A stretch of DNA of 63,960 bases, counting the filler, from Reticulomyxa filosa (Eukaryota; Protista; Foraminifera): NCBI GenBank assembly GCA_000512085.1. It is 23 parts of 23 records of this genome, joined end to end, with 100 filler letters (N's around TTAATTAATTAA, not from the genome) between each part and the next. Parts side by side here need not be neighbours in the genome. Positions count along the whole stretch, not along the records: positions 41,605 to 50,355 come from ASPP01004995.1; positions 50,456 to 52,068 come from ASPP01036965.1; positions 52,169 to 53,204 come from ASPP01047128.1; positions 53,305 to 57,862 come from ASPP01004385.1; positions 57,963 to 62,814 come from ASPP01024079.1; 18 more parts are not named here. One strand, given 5' to 3'. The stretch's first letter is position 1, and each line of letters begins with the position of its first letter. Positions 48,005-62,317 of the stretch are shown in pieces. The notes under the pieces were generated by a model. It saw only the letters and a list, made by a program, of their open reading frames with translations. It did not search any database and was not told where the DNA came from. The translations under genes were made by a program, and so were the position numbers.

Positions 48005-49937
48005 TTCCAAAGAGCAGCTTTTTTGTCTGTGTACCCTTTTTAAAATCAGCAAAAAAAGCGGACGTATTTGATGTGTCGGTTTGTCCGATTCAACAAAACT
48101 CTCTTTTACTTGACTATAACAGCAAACCCATTAAAAAAAAATATTCCATATTGTATTATTTTGATTATTTTTATATTATACAAACTAATTATTGAGCGTA
48201 AATGTCACCAAATTTGTTGTAGTTGTCTTTTGAATTCAATGTGTGTTATTGTGTGTAGCAAATTTTTTTCTTGAATTTCATTGACCCAGGTGAGAGAATA
48301 CGTATTCAAAAATTTTGCATTTTTTTTTTTAGCTCATGCACGCAGTCTCATTTGCGGACTTTCGTATTGGAGACAAAACCATGAAAGAACGTTTAGAGTT
48401 TTCTCAAAAACGGCCACAAAAGAAAGAGAAATGGCTTTTTGCGTATTCATATAGAGTGCTTGATATCTGGTTATTCGAGCAAAAATTGTTAAAAAAAACT
48501 TATGTGCTTCCCTTTTCGTAAAAAAAGAGGAAAGCACTGGAAAAGAGAAAAACTTTCAACTGCAGTCAAACTACGACCACTCAAAAGAAAGGACAAAAAA
48601 TATCAATTGTTGTTCACTGTCACTAATTACTTGTCGTCTTTTTATTTAGTACGTTTAAAGGTTTTATTGCAAACGCACAGTGATACAGCGACAAGCGTTT
48701 GCCAGAAGTTTCAATGTAACCATTAAATTATTTTTTCAAATTTGCAATACATAAAAGCATGTTGGTATCAACGTATAAACAAAAAAAATTGAAAGCTCAA
48801 GTGAAAAAAAAGCATGCTAGACTTGATAACGAAGCAGGCACCATCAAACCAAAAATATATGTAAAAGAGATTTTGATGTTGAAATAGCTACTGAACGATG
48901 TAGAGTGGCACATCAACGCACTACTGTTACCTTTTTTTCCTCACTATCAAAAAATAGCATTGCATGACCATGTCCATCCTTATTTGCAAAGTTATTTTCA
49001 TTGACTGTTTAAATTGTTTTGCTTTGGGGTGGAAACGCTTCAAAAAATCACTTGGTTAAAAAGGCTTCAGTTGTTTCTCATTTTCAAGTAAAAAACTGTT
49101 CTATTCATTTTTACTGTTTGTTTTGTGGTCCTTATCGTAGTAAATGCTGCGAATACGTATTTTGTGGATCATTTTCCTTTTGTTGTGCTTCTTTTTTTGT
49201 TTTAACCGTTTTTTTTAGAAAGAACTTGTTTGATTTAAAATAATTTTGTAATTTTAAGACTTAGGGTAGAGATAAAAAGTTGCACATGATGGTGGCATAA
49301 AAATTTTTGAAGAAATTTTTAGAATGTATTCTAACAAACACATAAACAAAAATCTTTGAAAACTTGAAGTTAAAGTGCAATGTATTTTTTATCTCATCTA
49401 TGTTTATCTTTATCAATTGGTACGACTTAATTTTATTTATATTTTTAGTAAGTTATTGTAAACAAAACTATAACAAATTTGTCTTTCTCTTCAGACATTT
49501 ATTCCATCCAAAATGAGACATAATTACATAAAATCTAAACAGTAATAGGAGTATTTAATCAAAGATCAAGATTGTGGGTCGTCATATACCTTCTTACAAA
49601 GAGCAGGATGCCATGAAATAATTTATATTCAAGTTACAACTGGTATTGTTCCATATTAAAGAAAGCAAATCGTCGATATTTAAAAACTTGTAGGTGATTC
49701 AAATATTGACATTTTTAACTTTTTGACACGTCTTTTTTGATAAAGCGTTACAGTTTTTAAAGATAAAAAAAGATGAATAAGAAGGGAAAAAGCGGTTTAC
49801 TGGAACGTACTAGGTGGCCGGGTGCAAAAAACTAAAAAAAACGTCATCTCTTTAAAAGAAACCCGTAAAGGAAAAGGGAATAATTGTAAAACATTCGTGT
49901 AAATATAAACTAACTAGCGAAAGCTTTCAAAGCCAAG

Positions 49938-50355
49938 ATGTTTATACTTTTTAGCAGAAAAGAGGCTATGACGTTTTTTCTGACGTTGCTGTTTGGAAGA
50001 GAGACTGTGATCGCGCCAGTGTTGTCTTACCTGTTGTACAACTTTTGGAAGTATCAGAAACTGGACTTTATTTACCGAAGAAGACCTTTGCTGACAATTG
50101 TGCTGGTTGTTTGCACCATTGTTGAAATCGGTATACTTTTTTTTTTTGTTGTTGCTAGAGGGAGGAAAAAAAAAAAAATTGGAGAGGGTACAAAAAATTA
50201 TCATCTTACTTTCTCAAATAAAAAAGAACCAATGAAGTGAAGGATCAATTAACAAAAAAAAAAAAAGTGTTTGTTCCATTTTGTCGTTTCGAAATAATGT
50301 TCGACAACAACCCGGTAAACCGAGAGGCGTACGATTGGCTGGCATTGTCGGTGTT
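49938..50355 (+). CDS. N-terminal TM segments of a probable 7TM(-RGS) protein, fragment
   Basis: IAPVLSYLLYNFWKYQKLDFIYRRRPLLTIVLVVCTIVEI gives a TM1-basic loop-TM2 pattern. Confidence 0.45.
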
Positions 50356-52168
50356 NNNNNNNNNNNNNNNNNNNNNNNNNNNNNNNNNNNNNNNNNNNNT
50401 TAATTAATTAANNNNNNNNNNNNNNNNNNNNNNNNNNNNNNNNNNNNNNNNNNNNAACAAGTAAATACCTTTTGTCTTTTTGCAATAGGTTCGTGTTTTG
50501 CCTTTCGATATTTATAACGTGAATAATTCCGCGTTTTTTCGGGTATATTTTTCCTGTATGTTTTTGTTTATTTATTTAAAATTATATTTATTTTTGTGAT
50601 ATACATTTGTTGAATATATTTACCAAAAGGATTATTTGTAGACATTTCGATATATGCTATCAAATTAAATTGTTGTTATTGAAAATTATTATAAATGATG
50701 GAATGATATCTTTGATTTATGATTGAATTTGTGTTATGGCGTCATTTTAGAAAATTATGACTAAATTAGCGTCAGTGATAGGAAGTTTTGTATTTGATTA
50801 ATTTTTTTTATTTTTCAAAAATAAAATAAAATAAAAGTAAAAAGTAGTGACATCAGTGATTTTCCTTTCACTTTTGACTTTCCTTGCAAAACAGTACAAC
50901 ACAAGCTTTTTGTCATGTTTTACTATTTCAGATTCCTTCTCGTTTGACTTTTCGGAGTGTGCAAGAATGTTTTGTCATTGTGATTGTAGAATATTAACGC
51001 TATTAAAAGTGAAGAAATATGAATGGTACCACTAAATAGAAATATGTTAAGCATAAGGCATCTGCAAATGGATTTGGAAGCCCAATCAACGCATAGGAGC
51101 ATTACATACTGCTTCTTCATTGGTGTATTATCAAAGTGACTAGAAAAAGTATTCAGTTATTTCACAAATGGATGGATGTGGACTTATTTTCTCAATTCAA
51201 AGTGGAATGGAACAAAGAATCTCATTACGAAGTGATACAAATGTTGGAGGAAAAGATACCCCAAAGTGGAGTGGGTGAGCTGATACTTTTATACCTTGGG
51301 TCGCATTATTGTCAGTTTATAGTAATTGGGCTGCCAAACAGAGCCCTTCATGGGATCGTTATACAGGTTATATATTCATATATTATTTATTTATTATTTG
51401 TATATTTATATATTGAAAAAGGCTTGGCGGTGCAATGTTGTATCATCCCTGTCATAAGATGGTGGGTGTGTCATTATGGTATTTTTTGCACAAGTGCTAC
51501 GTCAGCACGTTCGATGGCAGTTTCGTGTTTCTTCTTTTTACAAGAGAGCAATTTTGGCTGTTATGACACGAGTGAATGGAATTGAAAATGCAGTTGGGAG
51601 TTTTCTGATTGCCAGCATTGGCATTGCAATGTATGCCACTGGATTTTGTGTAGCAAAGTGATGAGTTATAGTCGATTGAACAATACTGTGACTATAACGG
51701 TTACGAAAAGGCAAAGACCATTTGTGATGTTAGTAACATGGATTGGGGACATTAGATAATTGTCGTTGGATGGCTTGAATATAAATGATTGCTTTTGGCT
51801 GCACTGCATGTGCGTTTTCTGATTGTATTTTTGTATAAAGAAAAAAGTGTCAAATTCAGCAAGTAACTGATTAGCAACAGTAAATAAATAAAAAAGTTTA
51901 AAAAAACACACACACTTTTTTAAATTGGAATGAATATTTTTGATATTAAAGGCGAATTTTAAATAAATTCAATGCACTCATATTTCAAATTTTTTCTATC
52001 CTGACTTCTAATTGTTTTCTATCGTGACTTCTAATTGTTTTTTGGAATGAATATTTAATGAAACATATNNNNNNNNNNNNNNNNNNNNNNNNNNNNNNNN
52101 NNNNNNNNNNNNTTAATTAATTAANNNNNNNNNNNNNNNNNNNNNNNNNNNNNNNNNNNNNNNNNNNN

Positions 52169-52326
52169 GTGCTGTTTGTTATGTTCAATTTTCACCTGAT
52201 GGTAATAGAATTTTATCTGGTTCACGTGATAACACCATTCGATTGTGGGATGCATCATCTGGAAAACAGATTCAATCTTTAGAAGGTTATTCAATCATAT
52301 CAAATATAATAATAGCATCTATTTAA
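52169..52326 (+). pseudogene. WD40 repeat fragment
   Basis: VQFSPDGNRILSGSRDNTIRLWDASSGKQIQSLEG, then degenerates. Confidence 0.75.
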
Positions 52327-53170
52327 TTTAGAAAAAAGGAATTTGTCAAAATGAACATTTTTTTTTCATTCATGGTAATTCCAACATCATCATTATCATC
52401 ATCAATCATCCGTCATCATCCGTCATGTATATGATTTTCTTTGTTGCAGTTCTTAAGTCATTACCTATTTGTTGTATCATGTTGCTTAATATTAGTTGAT
52501 GGATCCAAGACAAAAGGTATTCTTTGTTTAGAACATGTCCTTATTCAAATCACGTAAGTTTTGATAAATTTTTTGTTAAATGTACTTTTTCATTTTTTTT
52601 ACTTTTGCAGGTAATGAATATTCGCAACTCAATGTCGCAAAGCGGGGTCAATGCTCATATGATATCGTCTATGGAAATGGGATGGACATATGTCGGACAC
52701 TGATATGGCACCAGTGTCAATAACAAAACAATTCAAATATGTGATCAAGTGAGTTGCCACGCTCGCTTGTGCTGTTGGTAACGACATGACCGAGCAGCTC
52801 GAATTGATGTTAACATGCGGCCTCTCTGCATAGCCATTCAAGACTCTATCTGCCGTTTACACACACTTGCACAGCGCACGCAGCGTCATTGAAGACAATC
52901 ACTTTGCAGAAGCTCAATAGTCATTCTTTCGCCTCAGCACGTGCAAAATGGTATATATATGTATACATATGTATAATAACAATAATAATATATTCAAAAC
53001 TTTTTTTACACACAAAAGGATCAGTTGCAATAGTCACAATCAAACTCGACCAGTTATCTTGCATCGCTACAAAAAAAAAAAAATAGTCCATCCCTCCATT
53101 ATCTTTGGTAAAGCTCACATTTCATGCCATAACCATATTCAACCAGCCCGACGCCAATGTCACTCCAAAA

Positions 53171-53204
<34 letters not shown>

Positions 53205-53304
53205 NNNNNNNNNNNNNNNNNNNNNNNNNNNNNNNNNNNNNNNNNNNNTTAATTAATTAANNNNNNNNNNNNNNNNNNNNNNNNNNNNNNNNNNNNNNNN
53301 NNNN

Positions 53305-53646
53305 AGTGTTCGTTTGTGGGATACTCGATCTGGTCAACAAACTCAAGTGTTCAATGGACATGATAATTGGGTATATGCTGTTGAATATTCACCATTTGTA
53401 ATAGAGAATAGTGAAGTTGTTGATAGTAACTCAAATGTGGTATGTTCTGGATCATTGGATAATACAATTCGTTTTTGGGACATTCGATCAAATAAAAATG
53501 AATTGTATGTGGTGAAGGCAGATTGTGGAGTAACATGTCTTAAATTTTTGCAATTAAAAATGAAAAGAAAGAGAATGAAAGGAAATCTTTTTGGTGTTTA
53601 TTTGTGTTACGGTTCGGCCAGAGGTCAAATTCATATTTGGGGATAG
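53305..53646 (+). CDS. WD40-family gene, 3' part
   Basis: VRLWDTRSGQQTQVFNGH..CSGSLDNTIRFWDIRS..LCYGSARGQIHIWG*. Confidence 0.88.
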   Translation, partial: SVRLWDTRSGQQTQVFNGHDNWVYAVEYSPFVIENSEVVDSNSNVVCSGSLDNTIRFWDIRSNKNELYVVKADCGVTCLKFLQLKMKRKRMKGNLFGVYLCYGSARGQIHIWG

Positions 53647-54417
53647 TGTTGTTTTTTGCAACATTTGTTTGATTGATATCTTTTTGAATTATATGTGCAA
53701 AATCATTGTAAAGCTTAAATGAAATAACTTGAAGATTTATTGATTTAATTTTGCTTTAAAGCATAAATAAACCAAAATAGAATTAACACTAGACAGTATT
53801 TTTTGAAATTTATTACCTAATTGCTTTACCATCATTTCTGAAGTTGCACACGTATTTGACATACCCCAAATATTGAACAACTTGAAATAAAAGAACAGTG
53901 GAGGAAAATTGTCCATCATAAATTTTGTGGTAACAATTGATGATAATAATGTCAAAATTTGAAATTTGTGGGAAAAAAATACAATTTTTTCACTGCTTAG
54001 TGAAACATAACACTATTCACTTAGTCAGAATGCACTTGAAATAATTTTAATGATTCAAAATAGTGTTTTTGTAGATATGTACATGGGTGTCACATGCGCA
54101 ATAAAAGATATTACGATGAATTATTCAAACAAAAACAAATTCAAACGTTCTTTTTTGCTTTATAAATCAAAATGCAAGTCTGAATAATGATAATAAATAT
54201 CTTTTTTTTCAAATATGACACTTACAATTTTACGAAATTTTATACTCAATTTTACAAAAGAAAAATTTATCAATTGTTTTTCTTTGTTCAGTGAAAGGCA
54301 AAAAATAAATCAAACAACACCCCAATCTATAAAGAAAATAAAGTGAAGAAACAGATATTTGAATGCCTTTTCAAGTCATAAAGTTGTAGTACCAAGAAAG
54401 TATTTTGTTCATGTAAC

Positions 54418-55840
54418 TCATCCACAAACATAGATTGGACCTTTGCATGAGCCATAACATAAATTAACACGACAACAGCCTTTTATCTTTTCATTGTTCT
54501 TTCCTTTAGATGGTACAAATTTAAGACATCTGATCCCAACATCTTTTTTGTCATCTCCTATTTTCACATACAATTCCTTCTTGTTTGATCGAATATCCCA
54601 AAATCGAATCGTATTATCTTTGGATCCAGAGCATATAACGTTTGAAATACTACCAATTTCACTATTACTTACTTCAAATGGTGAATATTCAGCAGTATTC
54701 ACATAACTTGTATGTCCATTGAACACTTGAATTTGTTGACCAGATCGAATATCCCACAAACGAACGCTTTTATCTAATGATCCTGATAATATTGTATTTG
54801 AATCAACTCTTAATTCGTTTGGTCCATATTTTACACTACTAAGCCAATTTTCATGCCCATTTAATACAACAATTTGTTTGGTTGTTTCAATATCCCATAT
54901 TCGAATGGTCCTATCGCTTGATCCAGAGCAAATAGTATATCCATTACCACCAGTCAAACCAATATGATTACTTTTGTTATCATTACTGTTATTGTTATTG
55001 TTTTGCAACGGTGAAATGTCTACACACAAAACACTTCCCATATGTCCACGAAAAGCGTGTAATGATTTGGATGTTTCAATATCCCATAAACTAATATTTG
55101 GTTCAACTGATCCAGAACACAAATATCTACCACCACTAAATTGTGAAAATTCAACTCCATAAACAATATTGTATCCAGATAATCTTTGCAATTGTTGCTC
55201 ATCTTTGAAATCCCAAAAATCAATAAGACCGGAATATGTTGAAAAACAAATGACATTTTGACGGTAATTATGATAATGATATGGTGAAAATTTTGCACAA
55301 TACACGTGCTTTGATACATTGAATAATCGAATTTGTTTATTATTCTCAAAATTCCACACACGAACAGTTTTATCAGATGATGCAGAACAAATGAATTGAT
55401 TACTATCAAATGTTGAATAATCAATATTCCACACATCTTTGGTATGTTCAGTGAATATATTGAGTAATTTGGATAATGAACAAAACATATCAAGCATAAA
55501 AACGGTAGGAGTCTATGTTAAAATAATAATTATATGATAATAACAAGTAAATATTTAAATGTTTTGATTGCCACTTGAATAAAGAACAAAAAATAAGTCA
55601 ACATAACATAATTTACAACAAGTTTGTCAAAATCATGAATCCACCCAAATTGAATGTGCAATATTCGAATCCAATGCCGAATAATTAATTTAATATCTTC
55701 TTCTTCTGACTAGCTCAGTTACAAATTACACATACAATAAACTATAATAACAACTTGTATACAAACAACTTTGCAAAGATCAGACTGAAGCTTACTAATA
55801 CTCGTTGTGATGTTTGTTTTTCATTAAGAAAAGTAGACAT
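54418..55840 (-). CDS. WD40-repeat protein, near-complete family member (two small 5' exons plus one long exon)
   Basis: ATG at 55840, leader exon IRHWIRILHIQFGWIHDFDKLVVNY, and a 359-aa WD40 ORF at 55497-54418. Confidence 0.92.
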
Positions 55841-57182
55841 TCTTCCAAAACTCCTTTGAGATTGATTAAAATGAAAAAATGTTGAACTTTTTTTGTATCA
55901 AAGTCAAATATATGTAGCTTCATAAGCATTCACACGTATTCATATATTTGCATCTGGAACAAACAAAAATGCAAAAAACTTACTGTTTTTTCCAACTGTG
56001 TACCCCCTTTTGGTGAGTTTTAGTTTTGTTTTTAGTTCAGTTGCCTTATCTTTGTGGTTTATTGTACTGTTTTATTATAGTTTCTTCTTTTTTTTTTTGT
56101 TCACATTCAACTTTTGTTTTGAACATTAACAAAAGAAATGTTTGTGGAAAAAAAAGAAAACACTTTAATGGATACAATTTTTTTGTTGCTATTTCGCGTT
56201 GCGATTAGTTAACTGCAAGAATTTTTTCTGTGTTTTTTTGTTTTTGTATACGCACTTTTTTTATCTAGTAAAACTCAAAAAACTTTTTGGAAGACAATGA
56301 TGTTGGGAAAAAAAAAAATTACAGCTTTCAAATAAAAATGGTTTTTTTTTTTGTTTAAAAAAATAGGTTCTGCACAACCACTGGAAGCATATCGACTTAC
56401 TAAATTAAACAACGTGGACTTGCAACTGACATACGCATTTAACCGCACGAAATTGGTTTTGGTATCGCAGGCGACAGTATAAAGCTTTGTTACCGGACAG
56501 TTATCGACTTGGGTAGTGCAAAAGTTCATTAGCATGGCCGTTGGTTTAGAAAATGGACAAATCCAAACGGAAACAGATGGATGTGACCATTCTTTTATTC
56601 CTCCTAATTCTATATCCTTTCAGCCGAGTTCTCAAAAACAGCGTGCTTCACATGGATCGCACACCGGCAACAGCCAGTTTTACAGGACACATTCGAGATG
56701 CGTTGGATGGCGCGTAGTGATGTATAACTCAAGGAACAAGACGTATACAAGCTTTTATGGCATTGACTGATGGCAGCCCAAAGTTATCGCTCGGGCTTGA
56801 TACAAATCAAAATCATTGTTTGGCTGGTTATCTGGTGTCAAATTTCAAAAATGACTGATTTCTGGTGGCTCCTGTTGAAAGAGATCCTCCTCAATGATTT
56901 GATTTCCTGCTTGTTGAAACTTGAACTCAACGTGTTGTCACTGCCAACCAAGTCATCACCTTAAGAACTGGCGATCTTGCGTGTCTTATGTGTCAAAACA
57001 AGTTTTGTTTTTTTTGTGCGACTAATAGCATTTTTTTATTTGCCTAAAATATGTTCAATATACGTTTTGACTTCAACAGACACCAAGAAGTGAGCGAAAT
57101 TTATGGAGATATGCTGAAACAGTTATGGCGGTGTGTTGCGAATACCGAATCATTGAAAGAGCTGGAAAAGTAATCGGCTGCG

Positions 57183-57862
57183 TTGCTCCAGTACGTATTT
57201 GAGACAGTGTCGAAAGTGAACGAGGAGTTGATTGACAAATACGACAATGAAGAAGAGCCAACGTCAGCCATGTCGTGGGAAGACATTTTGGCGGAAATGT
57301 CGAAGCTAGCATTGCAGATGCTATCTATTGGAAAGATTGAAAGTGATATCACAGACAATTTTGCCGAGCATTTGTCGCGTATCCTCCTCGTCACAAATAC
57401 CATAATCAACAACATGATCGAACTGATGAAATTGCTCAATCAGAAAAAGAGATTCGCAGACTGGGATCACTGCTGGGAACGAGTACTGTCGAAGTGCAGT
57501 GGCGAATGTGCAAATATCGCTTGGGTGCCACGGATGCTGCTGTCAACTTTGTTAATAAATTTGTACAACGCCATGCCTCGTTTTTTTCAAATCGCCCAAA
57601 GAATACTACGAAAAGGACTTGTGGATCCTGTTGGACATATTTTGAAAGATCTGACCACCGAAGCGCCGAAAACAAGCGAAACGACCAAAGAAGAAAAGAA
57701 GGCGGAGAAGGAACAAGACTTGACCAAAAAGGAACAACTACTAAACAGAATCTTCTTTGAGGCCGACAAAGAACAGCAATTTGTGGATATGCATTTGAAC
57801 GCTTACAAGGATAGTGCGCAAAAAGACAACCCAGAATTTATGATTAGTGTCGAAAGCAAGTC
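57183..57862 (+). CDS. Hypothetical helical protein fragment; upstream part (about 56370-57170) frame-disrupted, possibly a pseudogene
   Basis: Open frame of about 226 aa up to the gap; upstream coding-like DNA has stops. Confidence 0.55.
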
Positions 57863-58321
57863 NNNNNNNNNNNNNNNNNNNNNNNNNNNNNNNNNNNNNN
57901 NNNNNNTTAATTAATTAANNNNNNNNNNNNNNNNNNNNNNNNNNNNNNNNNNNNNNNNNNNNTTAGTCCAATTTCTATCCTTTCTTCTTCTACTGAGATT
58001 ATTGGCTAATTGTTCAAGTTGCATTTCAACATATCGATATCAGAAATAACAATAATAGCACTCAACGTGTAACATTGTGTTTGGCCATTGTGAATAAAAA
58101 AGCAGATAATGACAATCCTCAATTTTTGGAGTTTTCAATTGCAAACTTTGGAGGTTATAAGTTAATGAACTTCGTACATAGTTATTTCGATTGTAACTTG
58201 GCAACTCCAACAACAACAAAAAAAAAAAAGGCATTGCCATCGGAAGAGATACACTTCCAGGAAACTACTTTTGCGTGCAAAAAGAGAGAACTTGTCAAAG
58301 ATATTTTTGTATGAAAATTAA

Positions 58322-60562
58322 TCAACTGATCACCTTTTCAAGGATTTGTGGTGAGTACTCTTCTTCGTTTTTCAGCGTATTGTCCGTTGCTAAAGGAAAA
58401 TATTTAATGAGTATTTTGTCACAATCTGTGACAAAAAGTCCATTCTCTTGGTGTGAATAAACGTTGCATGTTCCAATTGATTGTAAATACTGAGCGGTAT
58501 TTGTATTGCTAGTAACAAATAATACGTTGTCATGTTCACATTGCAAAGTCTCTTTGTGTTGTTTGATTACTTCCAAAATGAGCAAATTGACATTTTCATT
58601 ACAATGTTGAAATAGTGGATTGTCTTTGGAAACAATATGAGCAATGAACCGATTAAGTTCGAACTTATGCAAGAGGGCACTAGCAATGGACTCCTCAAAC
58701 TTGGGACAAAACAAATATATGATACATGTTTGATGAACAGGTTCAAGCAATTGTCGAGCCAATAGGTGAATATGTGCTTCGCCTCCAATAAATCGTGTTG
58801 CAAGTTCTGAAGGGGAGTGGTTTTGAATGAGCGATATAGTGATATTATCATTCCGATCACTATTGCCATAGAAGATAGAAGGAGGGACAAAAGGGAAAAT
58901 GGAGTCCGATTGAATAAACATAATTTTAATCGATTTGTCATTCATTGTCCCAGAAAGTGTTCCGATTGAAAGACATTGGCATTTCAGTTATGTATGACTG
59001 ATCTTGTAAGTGTTGTGACATTATTGTGGTAGTCTTATTGCCCTTCACTCTTTTTTTGTCAGTCGTTGAATTATGTTGAGAAAATTTCGAGCCATTGTTA
59101 GTTGAATTTTGGAATTTTTGACTAATGTCATTTTTCAACTGAACCAAGTTCTGTTGGATAATTTGCTTTGCAGTCTCAGATTGTTGGCTGCTTTTCAATT
59201 GGGTCTTTGGCACTCCTACAACCTCGACCCCAACCACGTTTTTGTCATCTTCATCATTGTCAGGATTATCAGCATGAAGACGATGAACAATCTCTGCATC
59301 TTCAGAGATAATGCAATTGCAGCAAATGCTAAAACAACAGCACAAAAAACAGCCCAAACTCAGAGGCGAAACGTTTGTGCAAAATTGTGATGGCTTGTAG
59401 GTCCAAGCGATGAAAACACTTAAAAAAAAATGCTAAATAAAAAATGCCCCACAAATAAATTCGTAGTGGAATACGGAGGCGTAGAAATGGATTGCAAGTC
59501 ATTTATTGACAGCCAATTCAAATAATCTTGATATATTACTACCAGCATCATTACAAGCAATAAAAACATTATCCATTCTAATTTTAATTTTGCATGATGC
59601 AATCGCTGCAATGATATCGTCTGTTCGTCGGTGCTTTCAAAATCGCCATTATTTGAATGTTGTGTCATTTTTTTCTCATTAGTTCCTTCATGTACGTCAT
59701 CTTTTATTATTATTATTGTTATTATTGTTATTATTGTTATTATTGTTATTATTGTTATTATTGTTATTATTGTTATTATTGTTATTATTGTTATTATTGT
59801 TATTAGTCAATCCCCCTCCTCCTTTTCTCTTGTACAATTGCATGTGTATACGTATGCAAAATAATTTTTTTTTTTTTTTTTTTAGTTGTAATGTTATGTG
59901 TACGTAATGTGGGGTGTACATATCGTAGCTTTGTTTCTCTTGCAAATATACTGGTGGACGTAACTGGAGTTATTTTCTTTGCCTGATTTACTTGACTGAT
60001 GCTTACTAGCTTGCACGATGCTTTGCTTGACGTGAGCGTGCAACGGCTTGGTGCCAATGATACCGGTTAAGCAGTACCCGATCAATGCACAATCTAACCA
60101 TATGTTGTAAATGGATATCGCAAAGGTATTTCCTTGGATAAATGCAACGATCCAACAAAACAATACCAAAAACGTGTTTGTCAGTAAGATCAATGTCAAT
60201 GTGAATGATACGCAGCCAGGAGGAGTCGGGTTGCTTGGATTCAATGTTTGGAATAACGTATATACAGACGATTGTGTAAACAAATATACTACTATGTTAT
60301 TGAAAATTAATGTGAATGCTCGAAATAGCCACGTTAGTATACTCCATGCTGGCTCATGTGGTTCATGATAGGATACAACACTAAACAATGCAAGTAATAA
60401 TTCTACACCTGCAACTATATGGATCAGAAAACGGTAGTTTAGCCGTGGATATTCAGTTAGTGACGAAATGCACAGCTGTTGAGCTGAAAAAAGATAATAG
60501 CAAAACCAAATAGCTAGCAATGGATATTGAATAGAAGGCGGAGGAGAGTCGGACGATCCCAT
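58322..60562 (-). CDS. 7TM membrane protein with Cys-rich tail and C-terminal degenerate HAD-like domain; requires one intron and several 1-nt shifts
   Basis: Five TMs in 60562-60050, two more in 59580-59400, CFLCCCFSICCNC, then the globular ORF 58945-58322. Confidence 0.6.
59704..59804. repeat. (ATTATTGTT)n microsatellite (poly-Asn on the minus strand)
   Basis: About 10 tandem 9-mers. Confidence 0.95.
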
Positions 60563-60920
60563 CCCTCAGCAGTGCTGAAAGGGTTCCGGCGAAATTTTTT
60601 TTAAAAAAGTGTGTAATATTCTGCAATTTTTCGTCAGTAATAACAGTTGTTATTTTTTTTTTGTTATTCTACAAATTATATGTTACATTTTTTTTGCTTT
60701 TGCTTATATGACACGGGAAGAAAACGGAAAATTATTCGAGAGAAAATTAAAGATGATTTAAATAGGACAAGAATAAGACACAATAACGGAGATTATCACC
60801 CATACACCCAAAAAAAAAATACTATTTTTTTGTATTTTCGCAACAGCCAATCGGATAAACATAAAGTTGGTTATATTATTATGTTTGTATTAATATATTT
60901 GAAATTGAGTGTGAAAGGAC

Positions 60921-62029
60921 TCAAAAGATTTTTTGTTGGATAGAGCGAACACGAAACAAGTCTGATATTAAACATTGCGTACGCCCTTGCTTTTTGTCAT
61001 CGTCAATCAAACGCCAATATTGACAGGGTTGATGCAAAACAGTCTGACCATGAAGAACATATCCATAATAACCGTGATCCAACACATAATTTTGAACGCT
61101 CTGTTCTAGGTCATTTCCAAGCAATTCTTCAACCTTTCTTTTTCCGCAGTGGTTATCCAAATTTATTACCATAATGCCTTCACGACACTTTTTTGTTTTT
61201 CAAATAAAAAAAACCAAAAAAAAAAAAAAAAAAAAAATTAATGCAGAGAAAGCTCTATCTTCTTCTTATGATTATTTTTTATTTTTTTAAAAAAATTAAA
61301 TAACCAGTAATTGATATTCATGCACTCTTCCAAGTGGATTAGCGTAAACCCAATCAACAGAAGCTGCAACTTTCGAGGAGGGGAATACTTTGACCCAGGT
61401 ATCAGTGACCCCTTGGATGCGCTTGTGTTCCGACATGCTTACGTCGGATTCATCTCCCCAATTTGTTTTCTGATCATTCATCATCCAATCAATATTCTCT
61501 TGGTCGTTGTCATGCACATTGTCGTCCATACTTGTGTCTTCCTTTTTCTCACATGCTATTTCTTTTTGTTCCGAATCTTTTCTCCATCATTAAAAAAAAA
61601 AAAATTAACTTTGCTTATTTTGCTTTTTTTTTTAAAAAAAAAAAAAAAAAAAAGAAATTAACTTGATTGAATGTTATCTTGCAAATTGTCGGTTTTGTTC
61701 AGATTTTGCGATGTAATTGGCTTGCTAACACGAACGTAAAGTAATGCATGATATGGTATACGTAACAATGGAGATTCTCGTAACCATTGTGCCAATTCCA
61801 AAGAACCAGCGCTCATTTCGTCAAACTTACGCTTTCGAATCATCGGTGATATGTTCTGGCTTGTGTCGTGACTGGTACTCAAGCTTGTTGTGTCGTTTAG
61901 ACGTGGTGACAGCTGAAGCTTATTGGGATTGGTTTCATCTGTTGGGACTCGATGCAAACCTCTTTTCCCACGAACTATCCGCTTCGTTTGATTAAAACCA
62001 TGTTGCATTTTCTCTCCAGCAGCGTCCAT
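60921..62029 (-). CDS. Hypothetical protein, about three exons
   Basis: Three successive minus-strand ORFs separated by poly-A intron-like tracts. Confidence 0.55.
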
Positions 62030-62317
62030 ACTTTTGATATTTTAGCAGGAATAAATGAACTTTTAAATGGCGCTTTTTTCTTTTTTGAAACGTATATGTG
62101 TACTTCTCGTTACGTTTATTTTATGCAATTACGTAGATATAAAGCGATATTGCTATTAATGAAATGAGTGTATATTTGGTAAATCGCATATTTAAACGGG
62201 CAATTTTTTTTTGGTATTGAAATTGAACATATCTTGTAAAAAAAAGAAAGTTTTCAACTCTTTATGTTTTGAAATGTTTTTCTTCCCTCCCTCTCCTCTT
62301 ATATCAATGTTAAAATA

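Noticed and set aside
50490-51661. Fragments of a possible membrane-protein gene
   Set aside because: Stops occur in all frames and no family motif is recognisable; at most an old pseudogene.
52424-53170. Coding-like GC-richer island with splice-like sites
   Set aside because: No consistent reading frame or recognisable motif on either strand.
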